A stretch of DNA of 64,000 nucleotides from Gemmatimonadota bacterium. GTDB lineage: Bacteria > Gemmatimonadota > Gemmatimonadetes > Gemmatimonadales > Gemmatimonadaceae. Position 1 is the first letter of the stretch. Each line of letters begins with the position of its first letter. The position numbers and the translations under genes were made by a program. The stretch spans positions 128,001 to 192,000 of the forward strand of contig JAZJZK010000008.1 of the NCBI GenBank assembly GCA_040389905.1, read 5' to 3'. Shown here in pieces: positions 29,741 through 39,583 of the stretch. The notes beneath the pieces are model-generated. The model saw nothing but the letters and a program-made list of their open reading frames with translations. It was not told the origin of the DNA and did no database searches.

Positions 29741-30823
29741 ATGCTCACCAAGACAAAAATAGTGGATTTGAGCAGGGTGTTGGCGGGGCCACTGTGCACC
29801 ATGATGCTGGCAGACATGGGTGCAGAAGTGGTCAAAGTGGAGCGGCCTCATGCGGGGGACGAGACGAGGGGCTGGGGGCCGCCATTCGATGGGCGCGGAG
29901 AGAGCGCCTACTACCTGAGCGTCAATCGAAACAAGCTCAGCACCGCGTTGGACCTGGATGATGCGGCGGATCAGGCGGTGCTCGTGCGGCTCATTAGCGC
30001 TGCCGACGTGGTTGTGGAGAACTTTCGCCCAGGCGTGATGGAGCGGCGCGGATTGGGCGCCGAGTCCATGCGAGCGATCAATCCGGGGCTCATCTGGTGC
30101 ACCATTGGCGGCTTCGCCGATACCCCAAACCGGCCAGGCTACGATTTCGTCGTTCAAGCCGAGTCCGGTTGGATGTCGATCTCGGGCGAGCCGCAGGGGG
30201 CGCCGATGAAGCACGGCATGGCGCTCGCCGACATTCTGGCCGGAAAAGACGCCGCGATCGCCATCCTCGGCGCGCTGGTCGAGCGCGCACGAACCGGTGC
30301 TGGGCGCACCGTGAAGGTCTGGCTCGAGGAGACGGCCGAGGCGGCGCTCGTGAACGTCGCGCAGAATGCCCTCGTCTCGGGGAATGCACCGAAGCGGTGG
30401 GGTAATGCGCACGCCAACCTCGTACCGTACCAGCTCTTCGATGCGGCGGACCGGGCGATCGTGATCGCCGTCGGGAGCGACGCGCAATTCGTCGCATGCA
30501 TGCAGGCATTGGAGTTGGAGGAGTTGGCCTCCGATCCGGCGCTGGCGACCAACGCCGGGCGATTGGCCGAGCGCGCGCGCGTTGTATCGGCCATGGGGGC
30601 GCGTCTCGGCGAGCGAACCGCGGATGCGTGGCGAGTACGGTTGGACGCCGCAGGCGTGCCGAACGGCGTGGTGAAATCGGTACTCGAGGTGTTGGCAAAC
30701 CGGGAAGGGTCGGCGCTCTCGGGGATGCCGCCGTCGGTCCCGGGTTCGGTTCGGCTACCGCCGCCAATGCTGGGCGAGCACACGGAAGTGGTACGGCAGT
30801 CCGGGTGGGGAGCATTTGCCTAG
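29741..30823 (+). CDS. Family III CoA-transferase (CaiB/BaiF)
   Basis: DLSRVLAGP, LADMGAEVVKVE, NRNK, ENFRPG, GYD. Confidence 0.92.
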   Translation: MLTKTKIVDLSRVLAGPLCTMMLADMGAEVVKVERPHAGDETRGWGPPFDGRGESAYYLSVNRNKLSTALDLDDAADQAVLVRLISAADVVVENFRPGVMERRGLGAESMRAINPGLIWCTIGGFADTPNRPGYDFVVQAESGWMSISGEPQGAPMKHGMALADILAGKDAAIAILGALVERARTGAGRTVKVWLEETAEAALVNVAQNALVSGNAPKRWGNAHANLVPYQLFDAADRAIVIAVGSDAQFVACMQALELEELASDPALATNAGRLAERARVVSAMGARLGERTADAWRVRLDAAGVPNGVVKSVLEVLANREGSALSGMPPSVPGSVRLPPPMLGEHTEVVRQSGWGAFA

Positions 30824-30967
30824 GCGCCGTACCCCGAGCGCCTGATCCAAGGGCTCCCGTTACGACCCCAGCTTGTCCGTCGTCTGGTGGACGTGGGAAC
30901 CCGATCTGTTGTAAATGCTGGGCCTGCCGCCCTGTCACAAGCGCGATTTCTGCGTTACTCTATCGTC

Positions 30968-31534
30968 GTGAGGACGACAGAGCAGGAACTGCTTATTGAT
31001 CAGGACGATTCTGATCAACGCATCATTCAGCGCGTGCTCGCGGGCGACCGCGATGAGTTCACCGTGCTGATCACTCGGTACAGCGATCCGCTGTACCGAC
31101 ACGCACTCTGCATGACGGGAAGTCCGGACGTCGCAGAGGATATCCTGCAATTGTCGTTCATCAAGGCCTATCAGCACCTCGCGGAGGTTCGCGGGCGCTT
31201 CGACGCGTGGGTCTTCCGCATCGTCGCCAATGGGTGCAAGGATTGGCTCAAGAACATTCGTCGCTCGCACCTGAGCTACGAGGAAGACGATCAGCCGTCC
31301 GCTTTTGCGACTCCCGAAGAAGAGCTCGACCGCACGGAACTTCGTACTGATCTGGATCTCGCCCTTTCGACATTGCCGGCGTCGCTGCGCGAAGCGTTCG
31401 TGATGAAGCACGTCGAGGGCCGCTCGTACGAAGAAATGGCCGACCTGCTCGGTACAACGGTTGGCGCATTGAAGATGCGGGTACATCGTGCACGAGAAGC
31501 GCTCCAGGCCTTACTCGAGGAAAAATACGCCTAA
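30968..31534 (+). CDS. ECF RNA polymerase sigma factor
   Basis: AEDILQLSFIKAY, F.AWVFRIVAN, LP.SLREAF...EGRSYEEMA, MRVHRAR. Confidence 0.92.
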   Translation: MRTTEQELLIDQDDSDQRIIQRVLAGDRDEFTVLITRYSDPLYRHALCMTGSPDVAEDILQLSFIKAYQHLAEVRGRFDAWVFRIVANGCKDWLKNIRRSHLSYEEDDQPSAFATPEEELDRTELRTDLDLALSTLPASLREAFVMKHVEGRSYEEMADLLGTTVGALKMRVHRAREALQALLEEKYA

Positions 31535-31535
31535 C

Positions 31536-31961
31536 ATGATGTTCGACGATCTTCACTCAGACGGCGCCAGCGAGAGCCGGAAACGGGAACGTTCGGGAAA
31601 CGACGAGCGCCCGCTCGCAGATCGTGAAGTTCCGATCAACCCACCGAGCGACATGACGCTCGCGAAGTCGGTGCATGCGTGGCTCGACGGCGATACGCCG
31701 GAGCGCGATGCCCGCCGAGGCGAGTGGTCGCGTGATGTCGAGTTCTGGAAGCGACTCGACGATGATCTTGCGCGCCGCCGCCGGATGCGTACGCCTGCTG
31801 GCTTGCAGTCGCGCATCATGGACGCCATCCCGCAGCATGCGCCGGTCGTCATCACGCCCTGGTGGCGGCGCGAGTTCGTCGTCACGCCGTCGAGTGCGTT
31901 GATCGTCGCTGGGGCGCTCATGGCGGCGACGTCGGCTGCCACCGTGGCGATGCTGAAGTAG
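31536..31961 (+). CDS. Putative anti-sigma factor, C-terminal TM helix
   Basis: Directly after the ECF gene; VHAWLDGD, TPAGLQSRIM, terminal hydrophobic helix. Confidence 0.65.
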   Translation: MMFDDLHSDGASESRKRERSGNDERPLADREVPINPPSDMTLAKSVHAWLDGDTPERDARRGEWSRDVEFWKRLDDDLARRRRMRTPAGLQSRIMDAIPQHAPVVITPWWRREFVVTPSSALIVAGALMAATSAATVAMLK

Positions 31962-32004
31962 CCAGGAGACAGGGGACAGGTATCAGGCGACAGGAACAAC
32001 ATCA

Positions 32005-32032
32005 AACGGCCGCGCTTCGCAGCGCGGCCGTT
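32005..32032. terminator. Intrinsic terminator-like hairpin between convergent genes
   Basis: AACGGCCGCGCT-TCGC-AGCGCGGCCGTT, perfect 12-bp stem. Confidence 0.7.
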
Positions 32033-32036
32033 CGTC

Positions 32037-35015
32037 TTACTTACCCTTCAATTGCGCCTCGAGCCTGGCGACTTCGAGCCTGACTGCGTCAACCTGAGGC
32101 TGCAGCACCCGTTCGACCTGATAGCGTAGCGCGAGGTAATGCCGATACGCTTTCAGCGCGCCATTTACGTCCCCAGTCAATGCGGCGAACCGGCCTTCCT
32201 CCCGCAGCAGTGTCGAGCGATACGGATCCTGACCACCGGTGTATCGGTCGCCGTGGCGCCGGACCGCGGCGAGCGCGCGCTTGTAGTCGCCACGTTGCTC
32301 GAACAATCGCGCAACAGTGAGATTCTCGAATGCCGCGCGCCCTGCGTGCACACTGTTGTAGTCGACTTCTCTCATGAGCGAGTCGAGTCGCTCGATCGCT
32401 GCACCGGCGTCGGGCCGCTTCGCGATGTTGGCAAACATGGCTTCGATCACGACGAACGATGCTTGCGATTCGGGCTCGCGACCCAGCGGTGACCCGGCAA
32501 GCGCCGCGCGCATCTGCTCGATCGACCGTCGCGTGCGTGAGGTGTCCCCGTTGGCGAGGCGGTACGGTTCCGTCGCGCGAATCGTGCGAATCAGCATGGC
32601 GCGTGACGCGCTGTCGTTCGGTGCTCTCGACTCTTCGCGTGCGAGAGTCTTCATGCCATCGGCGGCAAGTGTGCTATCGCCGTCGCCGATCATCGCGTTG
32701 CGAACCTTGAGGACGGCAACGTTGATGTCACCGCCCGAATCGGTCGCGAGCAGGTACTTCCGGTTCAGCGATGGGCGACCAAAGACCAGCGACCACTCAG
32801 CGATCGCCGTGGTCACCTGCGCGACGGCCGCGCGACTCCCGTTTTGCGCGCCGCGATACATCGAGTCGAGCACCACCCATGCTTCCGGCGCGCCCGTACC
32901 GTCATTGGCTGCTGTCTGGACAACGCGAAAGGGGTTCTTCTTCCGCAGGGAGTCGAACAGAACCGCCGCGTCCGACTTCTTGCCTGTCTTGACCGCTTCG
33001 TACCAGCGATGCTCGAGCACCCAATAGCGAGCGGTATCCGCGGCCAGCCGAAGGCGCTCGGCGCGCCGCGACGATGTGAAGTCGCCGAGCTTCACCGCGA
33101 GATCGATGAGGTGAATTGCCGCCGGCGTGTATGTCGAATCGAGATCAATCGACTTGTTGAACGCCGCCAGTGCGTGCTCGTCGGCGAGCGAGTCGACAAT
33201 GTGCCCGAAGTGATACAGATAGTCGGCGTACAGATACCACGCCTCCGCGCGCTGAGGCGCCATCGCCACGTAGTTCTGAATGTCCTTCCACCGCTGGACG
33301 GACGAAGTGGCGCCGGGATAGTTCGATCCCGCGAGCGCAACGAGCAAGCCCTGGTCGATCGGATTGAGCTGCGCCTTGTTGCGCCACGCGACGGTCGTGC
33401 CGAGCGCGGTGAAGTTGTTGTCACCGTACCACGCGGCGGCGAGGCGGAGCCCGATGCCGGCGAGCGCGAAGTTCGAGTCGGCGTCGATGGCGTGCTTGAA
33501 TGCATTCGCTGCCGCCAGCGAGCTCGCCTTGCGCAGGAGAGCCTGACCTTCGAGGTATGATCGCAACGCCACGACCGAGTTCGTCGTGATGTTGCCCATC
33601 CGCTGGCTTTCCTCAGGCGCGATCTGTTTGAGCAGCGCCACCGTCATGCGGTCCACGAGCACGACGAGACTGTCCGGCGACCCTTCCACGCTGATCGACT
33701 CTCCGGTGCGGCCGCTGTTCACGTCAAGGAGGCGAACGGAGAGCACGAGCTTCGATGGTGTCCCGACGACGTCGCCGAGCAGCAATTGTCCGGCGCCGAG
33801 CGCGCGCGCGACACGGCGGGCACGATCCTCGGGCAGGTCTTCGTCGCTCGAAGTCGACGCGGCCCTGAATGCGTGAACCACGCTCCGCGGGTCCGCCATC
33901 CTGAGCGTTTGTGTAGTCAGCTTGGTCGCGAGGAGGTCGATCATCCCTTCGCGCAGATAGCGGAGGGAAGGATCCGCAGAGGCAACGCGAAACGGCGCGG
34001 CCGCGATCAGCTTGTCGTCGATCGCCGGACCACGCGGGCGCAGCAAATAGAAAGTGAGGCCACCGAGGACGGCCACGGCCACCCCGCCCGATGCGAGCAG
34101 CGGCATCCGACGCATCGTGCGCCACAGAGACGGCCCGGAGCGATGCATCTCTCCGCTCTTGGCCCCATCGAACGCAGCGATGACCTCGAGGAGCTCGGCC
34201 ACAGACGCCGGCCGGTCGCTCGGCGCCTTTTCCAGCGTGCGCATCACGAGCTCGGCGACCGCATCGGGAACCTGCGGTGCAATGTCGCGCAGTGGTTTGG
34301 GCGTCTCCGCGATGTGCGCCGCGACGATCTGCTGTGCACCGGTGCGCTCGGCGAAGACGTGCCTGCCGGCAAGCAACTCGTACGCGATCACGCCCCAGGA
34401 ATAAATGTCAGCGAGGTGATCGACGTCGCCGCCGACGGCCTGCTCCGGGGCGATATAGCCTGGTGTTCCCAGGGACATGCCCAATTGCGTGAGCGCTTCC
34501 GAACTTGGCTCACTCCGGCCGCTGGCGACGGCGATCGCTTTCGCGATGCCAAAATCCGTAACGACCGCCGAGGAGCCCGCGAGCAGGACGTTCTCGGGCT
34601 TGATGTCGCGATGCACCACGCCCTCGCCGTGGGCGTAGTCGAGCGCGCGCGCGATGTCACGCAGGATCGAAATGGCTTCTGAAAACCGGACGGCGCCCGC
34701 GTTGATCCGGTCGCGGAGCGACCGTCCGCGCACGTACGGCATGATGTAGTACGGCATGCCGTCGGCGGTGCCGGTCGTCAGAATCTGGACGATATGCGGA
34801 TGTTGCAGCCGCGCCGTGATGAGGATCTCCCGTGCGAAGCGGTCGGCGTTGAGTCCGGCCGCGAGCTCGGGCGCAAGCATCTTCACGACGACTTTGCGGT
34901 CGAGGGCGCGCTCGGTCGCGAGAAAGACGCACGACATCCCGCCGCCGCCGAGCTCGCTCTCGATGATATATGCGTCGCCGAGGGTGGCTTTCAGTGCGTC
35001 GAGAATCTTCGGCAG
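32037..35015 (-). CDS. Hanks-type Ser/Thr protein kinase with TM helix and TPR-like region; start codon non-canonical or uncertain
   Basis: HRDIKPEN, DFG, YIAPE; frame continues upstream of ATG 34937 as LPKILDALKATLGDAYIIESELGGGG. Confidence 0.88.
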   Translation of the reverse strand: MPKILDALKATLGDAYIIESELGGGGMSCVFLATERALDRKVVVKMLAPELAAGLNADRFAREILITARLQHPHIVQILTTGTADGMPYYIMPYVRGRSLRDRINAGAVRFSEAISILRDIARALDYAHGEGVVHRDIKPENVLLAGSSAVVTDFGIAKAIAVASGRSEPSSEALTQLGMSLGTPGYIAPEQAVGGDVDHLADIYSWGVIAYELLAGRHVFAERTGAQQIVAAHIAETPKPLRDIAPQVPDAVAELVMRTLEKAPSDRPASVAELLEVIAAFDGAKSGEMHRSGPSLWRTMRRMPLLASGGVAVAVLGGLTFYLLRPRGPAIDDKLIAAAPFRVASADPSLRYLREGMIDLLATKLTTQTLRMADPRSVVHAFRAASTSSDEDLPEDRARRVARALGAGQLLLGDVVGTPSKLVLSVRLLDVNSGRTGESISVEGSPDSLVVLVDRMTVALLKQIAPEESQRMGNITTNSVVALRSYLEGQALLRKASSLAAANAFKHAIDADSNFALAGIGLRLAAAWYGDNNFTALGTTVAWRNKAQLNPIDQGLLVALAGSNYPGATSSVQRWKDIQNYVAMAPQRAEAWYLYADYLYHFGHIVDSLADEHALAAFNKSIDLDSTYTPAAIHLIDLAVKLGDFTSSRRAERLRLAADTARYWVLEHRWYEAVKTGKKSDAAVLFDSLRKKNPFRVVQTAANDGTGAPEAWVVLDSMYRGAQNGSRAAVAQVTTAIAEWSLVFGRPSLNRKYLLATDSGGDINVAVLKVRNAMIGDGDSTLAADGMKTLAREESRAPNDSASRAMLIRTIRATEPYRLANGDTSRTRRSIEQMRAALAGSPLGREPESQASFVVIEAMFANIAKRPDAGAAIERLDSLMREVDYNSVHAGRAAFENLTVARLFEQRGDYKRALAAVRRHGDRYTGGQDPYRSTLLREEGRFAALTGDVNGALKAYRHYLALRYQVERVLQPQVDAVRLEVARLEAQLKGK

Positions 35016-35185
35016 GATGAAGGGTGGCGTGGCGCGGCTCGTCCGCTGTTTAGACGGGCGATTGTGGGAAAGAGTTTGCTCCGCGCGCCGCGTCGGGTCA
35101 ATCGCCCGGCGGCAATGTCAACCCTTTCGCCGCCGCCGCTGTCTTATCTTCGACAAAGTCCAAGAAATACAACGGTCGGGGGAGA

Positions 35186-35512
35186 ATGGCGGACCATCTC
35201 GGGGAATTCGAGCAGATTGTGCTCCTGGCGCTCGTCCGCCTGGGGAGTGACGGCTATGGCATCAGCGTACGGGATGCGATCGCCGAGCGAACGGGCCGCG
35301 AGGCGGACTTCGGAACCGTGTACACGACGCTGACGCGGCTCGAACAGAAGGGGTACGTCTCCTCGCGTCTTGGTGAGGCGACGCCGGAACGTGGCGGCCG
35401 GCGCAAGAAGTACTTCATCATCACCGCCTCGGGTCGGGCCGCACTGGTCGCGGCATTGCGCGCATTGCGTGCAATGACGCGCGGCCTCGGCCAACAACTG
35501 GAGCTCCGATGA
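35186..35512 (+). CDS. PadR family transcriptional regulator
   Basis: LGEFEQIVLLAL, YG, GTVYTTL.RLE.KG, GGRRKKYF.IT..G. Confidence 0.92.
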   Translation: MADHLGEFEQIVLLALVRLGSDGYGISVRDAIAERTGREADFGTVYTTLTRLEQKGYVSSRLGEATPERGGRRKKYFIITASGRAALVAALRALRAMTRGLGQQLELR

Positions 35513-38172
35513 GCGCGCGCCACGGACGTCCGCCGAAACTCGCCGAGCGACTCCTCGGCTGGCTCCTGCCGCGGGACCTCCGCGAGCCCTATCTCGGCGA
35601 CCTTGCCGAAAGCTTTACGGCGCGCATGGCGGAGAAGGGAGCGAGGAACGCCTGGCTCTGGTATTGGCGAGAGACGATGAACGCGCCCGTCGAGATCACC
35701 ATCACACGCACACGCGACGGAGTAGGCGATGCCCCTTCTGGAGATGCATTCATGACGTCCTTCCTGCTCGATGCGCGTATTGCATTGCGGTCGTTCCTTC
35801 GCCGGCCTGGGTTCACGGCAGTCGTGGTGCTCACGACGGCGATCGGCGTTGGCGCGGCGACGACGATCTTCAGCGCGGCAAATCCGATCTTGTTTTCTCC
35901 CCTGCCGTATCCGCACGCCGAGCGGATCGTGATGGTCAAGCAGGTGGACAACGGATCGGCCGGTGATCGTCTTGGCTATTCGACGATCATGGACCTCGCG
36001 GCGCGGGCGCGCTCACTCGAGGTGGTTGCCGAGGCGGGAAGCTGGCAGGGTACGATGACGGGACAGGGGGCTCCAGCGCTTATGACTGGCCTGCGCGTGT
36101 CGCAGCGCTTCTTCTCCGTTCTCGGCGCTCGTCCGGCGCTTGGGCGAGATTTTCTTCCTGAGGATGACAAGCAAGGGGCGCCGCGCACGGTCATTCTTTC
36201 CGATGCCGTGTGGCGGTCGCGGTTCGCCGCCGATACGTCGATCATCGGAAAGACCGCGACGATCAACGACTATCCATATCTCGTGATTGGCGTGATGCCT
36301 GCCGATTTCGAAGGAGCCGTCGAGCCACGGGCGCAGCTCTGGCGTCCCCTTCAGTATGACGTCTCGCTCGGGCAGGCGTGCCGATCGTGCCAGCACATCA
36401 AGGCGATCGCACGTGTGCGGGAAGGCACGAGCGAGAGCACCGCAGCGCACGAAGTCGATATCATCATGCGCCAGTTGCGGGACGAGCACGTTTCCGACTA
36501 TCCGCACAAGGTCGGCGGAGACATCATTGCGTTGGGCGATGACATCACGCGTGGCGTCCGTCCGGCGATGCTCGCCGTGCTCGGTGCGGTGGTGCTCGTG
36601 TTGCTCATCGCCTGTGTGAACGTCACGAATCTGCTGCTGGGGCGAGTCGCTGAGCGTCGCGCCGAAATATCCGTGCGCGCCGCGCTTGGCGCGAGCAGCG
36701 CGCGCATCGTGCGGCAACTACTCGTTGAGAGTTCGCTGCTTGCCAGCGCGGGCGGCGCGCTGGGCGTGGGAATCGCCTACGCTGGTGTGCGCATGCTCGT
36801 GCGACTTGCACCGGAATCATTGCCGCGAGTGCAGGCGATGCAGATGAGCGTGCCCGTGCTCGTGCTCGCCCTAGTGGTGACGATGATGGTCGGGCTCGGG
36901 TTCGGTTTGCTTCCAGCGCTCGATGCAGCACGCGGCAATGTGAACGACGGGATGCAGAGTGCTTCGCGCCGCACCGTTGGCGTGTCACGTCGCGCGCGCT
37001 CCGTGCTGGTGATTGCCGAGATGGCGTTGGCCGTGTTGGTGCTCGCGGGATCGGGATTGCTGTTGCGGAGCATGCACCGGCTTCTCGACGTGCGGCCGGG
37101 TTTCGAACCGAGCGGATTGTTGTCGCTTCAAGTGCAAGTGGTTGGACAGCGCTTCCAGAATGACACCGTGACGTGGCGATACTTCGACGATGTCCTCGCC
37201 GCGGTGCGCGCGATACCGGGAGTTCGGGAAGCCGCGCTGACGAGCCAACTTCCGTTATCGAGTGATTACGATGAGTACGGCGTACACAGTGAGCGTCATC
37301 CGGCGGCGATGCCGGCGGATGATCCGTCCGTACATCGATACGCCGTGAGCGTGGGCTACCTCGAGGCGATGCGCATTCCCGTCGTGCAGGGACGTTCACT
37401 CACCGAACACGACAACGGCCAGAGTCCACCCGTCGCGCTGGTCAGTGAGTCATTCGCAAAGAAGTTCTTCAAGGGAGAGAACGCCATCGGGCAGCGTGTG
37501 CGAACTGGAGCGCACGATCGTGGACCGTGGCGCACGATCGTCGGCATCACGGGCGATGTGCATCAGGTGTCGCTGGCAGGCGAGGTCAATGACGCGGTCT
37601 ACCTGCCGGAGTCGCAGTGGCAGAATGCGGACGGGATGATGTCGCTCGTCATTCGCACAACTGGAGAACCCGGCGCACTGGCCGGCGCCGTTCGCAAGGC
37701 AGTGTGGTCGATCGACAGGAATCAGCCAATCATGCGAGTGTCGTCGATGTCCGAAATCGTGGCATCGTCCGCTGCGGAACGGCGGTTTGTTCTCGCGCTC
37801 TTCGAAGCATTCGCGTTCATGGGAATCGTACTCGCGGCGCTCGGCATGTACGGCGTGCTTGCGGCGTCGGTTACCGAACGGGTGCGAGAGATCGGTCTCC
37901 GCGAGGCGCTCGGTGCAACGCCGTGGCAGATCGTGTCGATGATCGTGCGGCAGGGAATGGTGCTCGCCACATACGGTGCCGTTGTCGGCGTCATTCTGTC
38001 GGTGCTCGGGAGTCGTGCGCTCGCCGGTCAGCTGTTTGGTGTATCATGTGCCGATCCGACGACGTACGCGGGCGCGATTGCGCTGTTGATGACGGTCGCG
38101 CTCGTCGCCTGTGCGGTGCCGGCGGTGCGTGCAGCGCGCGTGGATCCGCTGGAGAGTCTCAGAGCGGACTGA
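35509..38172 (+). CDS. Duplicated MacB/FtsX-type ABC permease (ADOP-like)
   Basis: RRPGFTAVVVLT.AIGVGA, LLIACVNV.NLLL, EI.VRAALGA, EIGLR.ALGA, VDPLESLR; coupled to PadR. Confidence 0.9.
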   Translation: MSARHGRPPKLAERLLGWLLPRDLREPYLGDLAESFTARMAEKGARNAWLWYWRETMNAPVEITITRTRDGVGDAPSGDAFMTSFLLDARIALRSFLRRPGFTAVVVLTTAIGVGAATTIFSAANPILFSPLPYPHAERIVMVKQVDNGSAGDRLGYSTIMDLAARARSLEVVAEAGSWQGTMTGQGAPALMTGLRVSQRFFSVLGARPALGRDFLPEDDKQGAPRTVILSDAVWRSRFAADTSIIGKTATINDYPYLVIGVMPADFEGAVEPRAQLWRPLQYDVSLGQACRSCQHIKAIARVREGTSESTAAHEVDIIMRQLRDEHVSDYPHKVGGDIIALGDDITRGVRPAMLAVLGAVVLVLLIACVNVTNLLLGRVAERRAEISVRAALGASSARIVRQLLVESSLLASAGGALGVGIAYAGVRMLVRLAPESLPRVQAMQMSVPVLVLALVVTMMVGLGFGLLPALDAARGNVNDGMQSASRRTVGVSRRARSVLVIAEMALAVLVLAGSGLLLRSMHRLLDVRPGFEPSGLLSLQVQVVGQRFQNDTVTWRYFDDVLAAVRAIPGVREAALTSQLPLSSDYDEYGVHSERHPAAMPADDPSVHRYAVSVGYLEAMRIPVVQGRSLTEHDNGQSPPVALVSESFAKKFFKGENAIGQRVRTGAHDRGPWRTIVGITGDVHQVSLAGEVNDAVYLPESQWQNADGMMSLVIRTTGEPGALAGAVRKAVWSIDRNQPIMRVSSMSEIVASSAAERRFVLALFEAFAFMGIVLAALGMYGVLAASVTERVREIGLREALGATPWQIVSMIVRQGMVLATYGAVVGVILSVLGSRALAGQLFGVSCADPTTYAGAIALLMTVALVACAVPAVRAARVDPLESLRAD

Positions 38173-38206
38173 TTGATGGGGCGAAGAGCCTCCTGCATCG
38201 CAACCG

Positions 38207-38252
38207 CAGGTGCAGGCCCTTCGCGCCGCTCAGGGCGACAAAACGAGCGGAA
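38207..38252 (+). repeat. REP-like element (short variant)
   Basis: CAGGTGCAGGCCCTTCGCGCCGCTCAGGGCGACAAAACGAGCGG. Confidence 0.8.
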
Positions 38253-38445
38253 CGTCGTGACTACCCGCATGTGGTTGCTGTTTCAAAAGCAGGACAGCCC
38301 ACGTCCTCGCGCGAGTACAGCCGCGACGCGAATGGTGCTCGTTGCCCGGTGATTGCCGCGGCACAATCCTCGCTCGAAGTGTATGAGACTTCGTATACAA
38401 TGGCGCACGGTGCGCTGACCAACGGTCTCAACCTCGGAGCAACAA

Positions 38446-39261
38446 ATGAACTCTCTCATGTTCGTGCGGCGTACACTGGTGCCAGTTGCCGTTGCCCTCA
38501 TCGCTCCTCTCGCGGCACACGCGCAGGAGCGGCAAGTCTTCGTCTGGAGCGGACGCGTCGATCGCGAGATTCGCATCAGCGCGCGCGGAAACCAGCTCTC
38601 GAACAGCCGTGAGTCCAACATGCAGACGCGTGGACGGTTCATGGAGAGCAGCGCGTTGCCGCACGAGAACGGCTACCTTCGCGTCGTGACGCAAGCCGGC
38701 CGAGGGTACGTCGAAGTCCTCCAGCAACCGAACTCCGACAACGATTACAGCGCCGTCATCCGCATCGTGGACAATGAAGGCGGCGCGGACAACTATCGTC
38801 TTGCGGTCTACTACACGCCGGCCGATGGCCGAGCGGGTCGCGGGCGCGGCTATGGACGCGATGATCGCGACGACCGCCGTGATGGCCGGGACGATGGGCG
38901 GACTCGTGATCGCAACGATCGCAATGATTCCGATCGTGGCAATTCCGGACGCTATGGCCGCCAGACGGCAACACTCCACTGGAGTGGCGACGTGGACGGG
39001 GAAGCGCAGGTGATCTGGCGCGCGAACAGTGTGAGTCAGCGCACGCTGAGCGGCGGCTCGGTCCGAGTCCAGAACAGCAGTGTGTCTGGCGATCCGGCCG
39101 AGCGGCAATACGGCCAGTTGACGTTGAATGTTCGTCAGGGCCGAGGTCGCGTGGACGTCGTGCAGCAGCCGAGCGCGCAGAACCGGTGGACGGGAATCAT
39201 TCGCATCGTCGATCCGCAAGGTGGATACGGACGATACGACATTGACGCGCGGTGGCAGTAG
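38446..39261 (+). CDS. Secreted hypothetical protein with two homologous domains and an Asp/Arg-rich linker
   Basis: Signal peptide AHA/Q; WSG.VD...GRG.V.V.QQP...IRIVD..GG...Y occurs twice. Confidence 0.8.
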   Translation: MNSLMFVRRTLVPVAVALIAPLAAHAQERQVFVWSGRVDREIRISARGNQLSNSRESNMQTRGRFMESSALPHENGYLRVVTQAGRGYVEVLQQPNSDNDYSAVIRIVDNEGGADNYRLAVYYTPADGRAGRGRGYGRDDRDDRRDGRDDGRTRDRNDRNDSDRGNSGRYGRQTATLHWSGDVDGEAQVIWRANSVSQRTLSGGSVRVQNSSVSGDPAERQYGQLTLNVRQGRGRVDVVQQPSAQNRWTGIIRIVDPQGGYGRYDIDARWQ

Positions 39262-39301
39262 AGCGGGGTCGCTAGTCACGCACGGCGAATTGTTGCTGTA
39301 A

Positions 39302-39443
39302 TCAGCTGTGACAGGTGCTCAGTAGTCAGCCGCAGCTAACAGATGGTCAGGGGGTGTGGCGCTCGGGTGCATCGCACCTCGTACGCCACACCCCCTGTTA
39401 CTCTGTAGGCTGCGGCTGATCACTGAGCACCTGTCACATCTGA
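39302..39443. repeat. Long (~140 bp) near-perfect palindrome
   Basis: Outer ~42-bp arms plus inner stems CAGGGGGTGTGGCG/CGCCACACCCCCTG and GGTGC/GCACC. Confidence 0.85.
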
Positions 39444-39460
39444 GTCCGGCGCGCGCAACA

Positions 39461-39504
39461 GCAGGTGCAGGCCCTTCACTTCGTTCAAGGCGACAAAACG
39501 AGCG
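39461..39504 (+). repeat. REP-like element (short variant)
   Basis: GCAGGTGCAGGCCCTTCACTTCGTTCAAGGCGACAAAACGAGCG. Confidence 0.8.
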
Positions 39505-39583
39505 AGACAACAAGCGAGCGACGCCTTGACGCGAGCTCTACCCCCTGACGAATGTGCTACCCGGAGTTTCCTCCCCGTAGCGC

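Noticed and set aside
35186..38172. PadR plus permease without an ATPase as a novel system
   Set aside because: Matches the described PadR/duplicated orphan permease (ADOP) pairing
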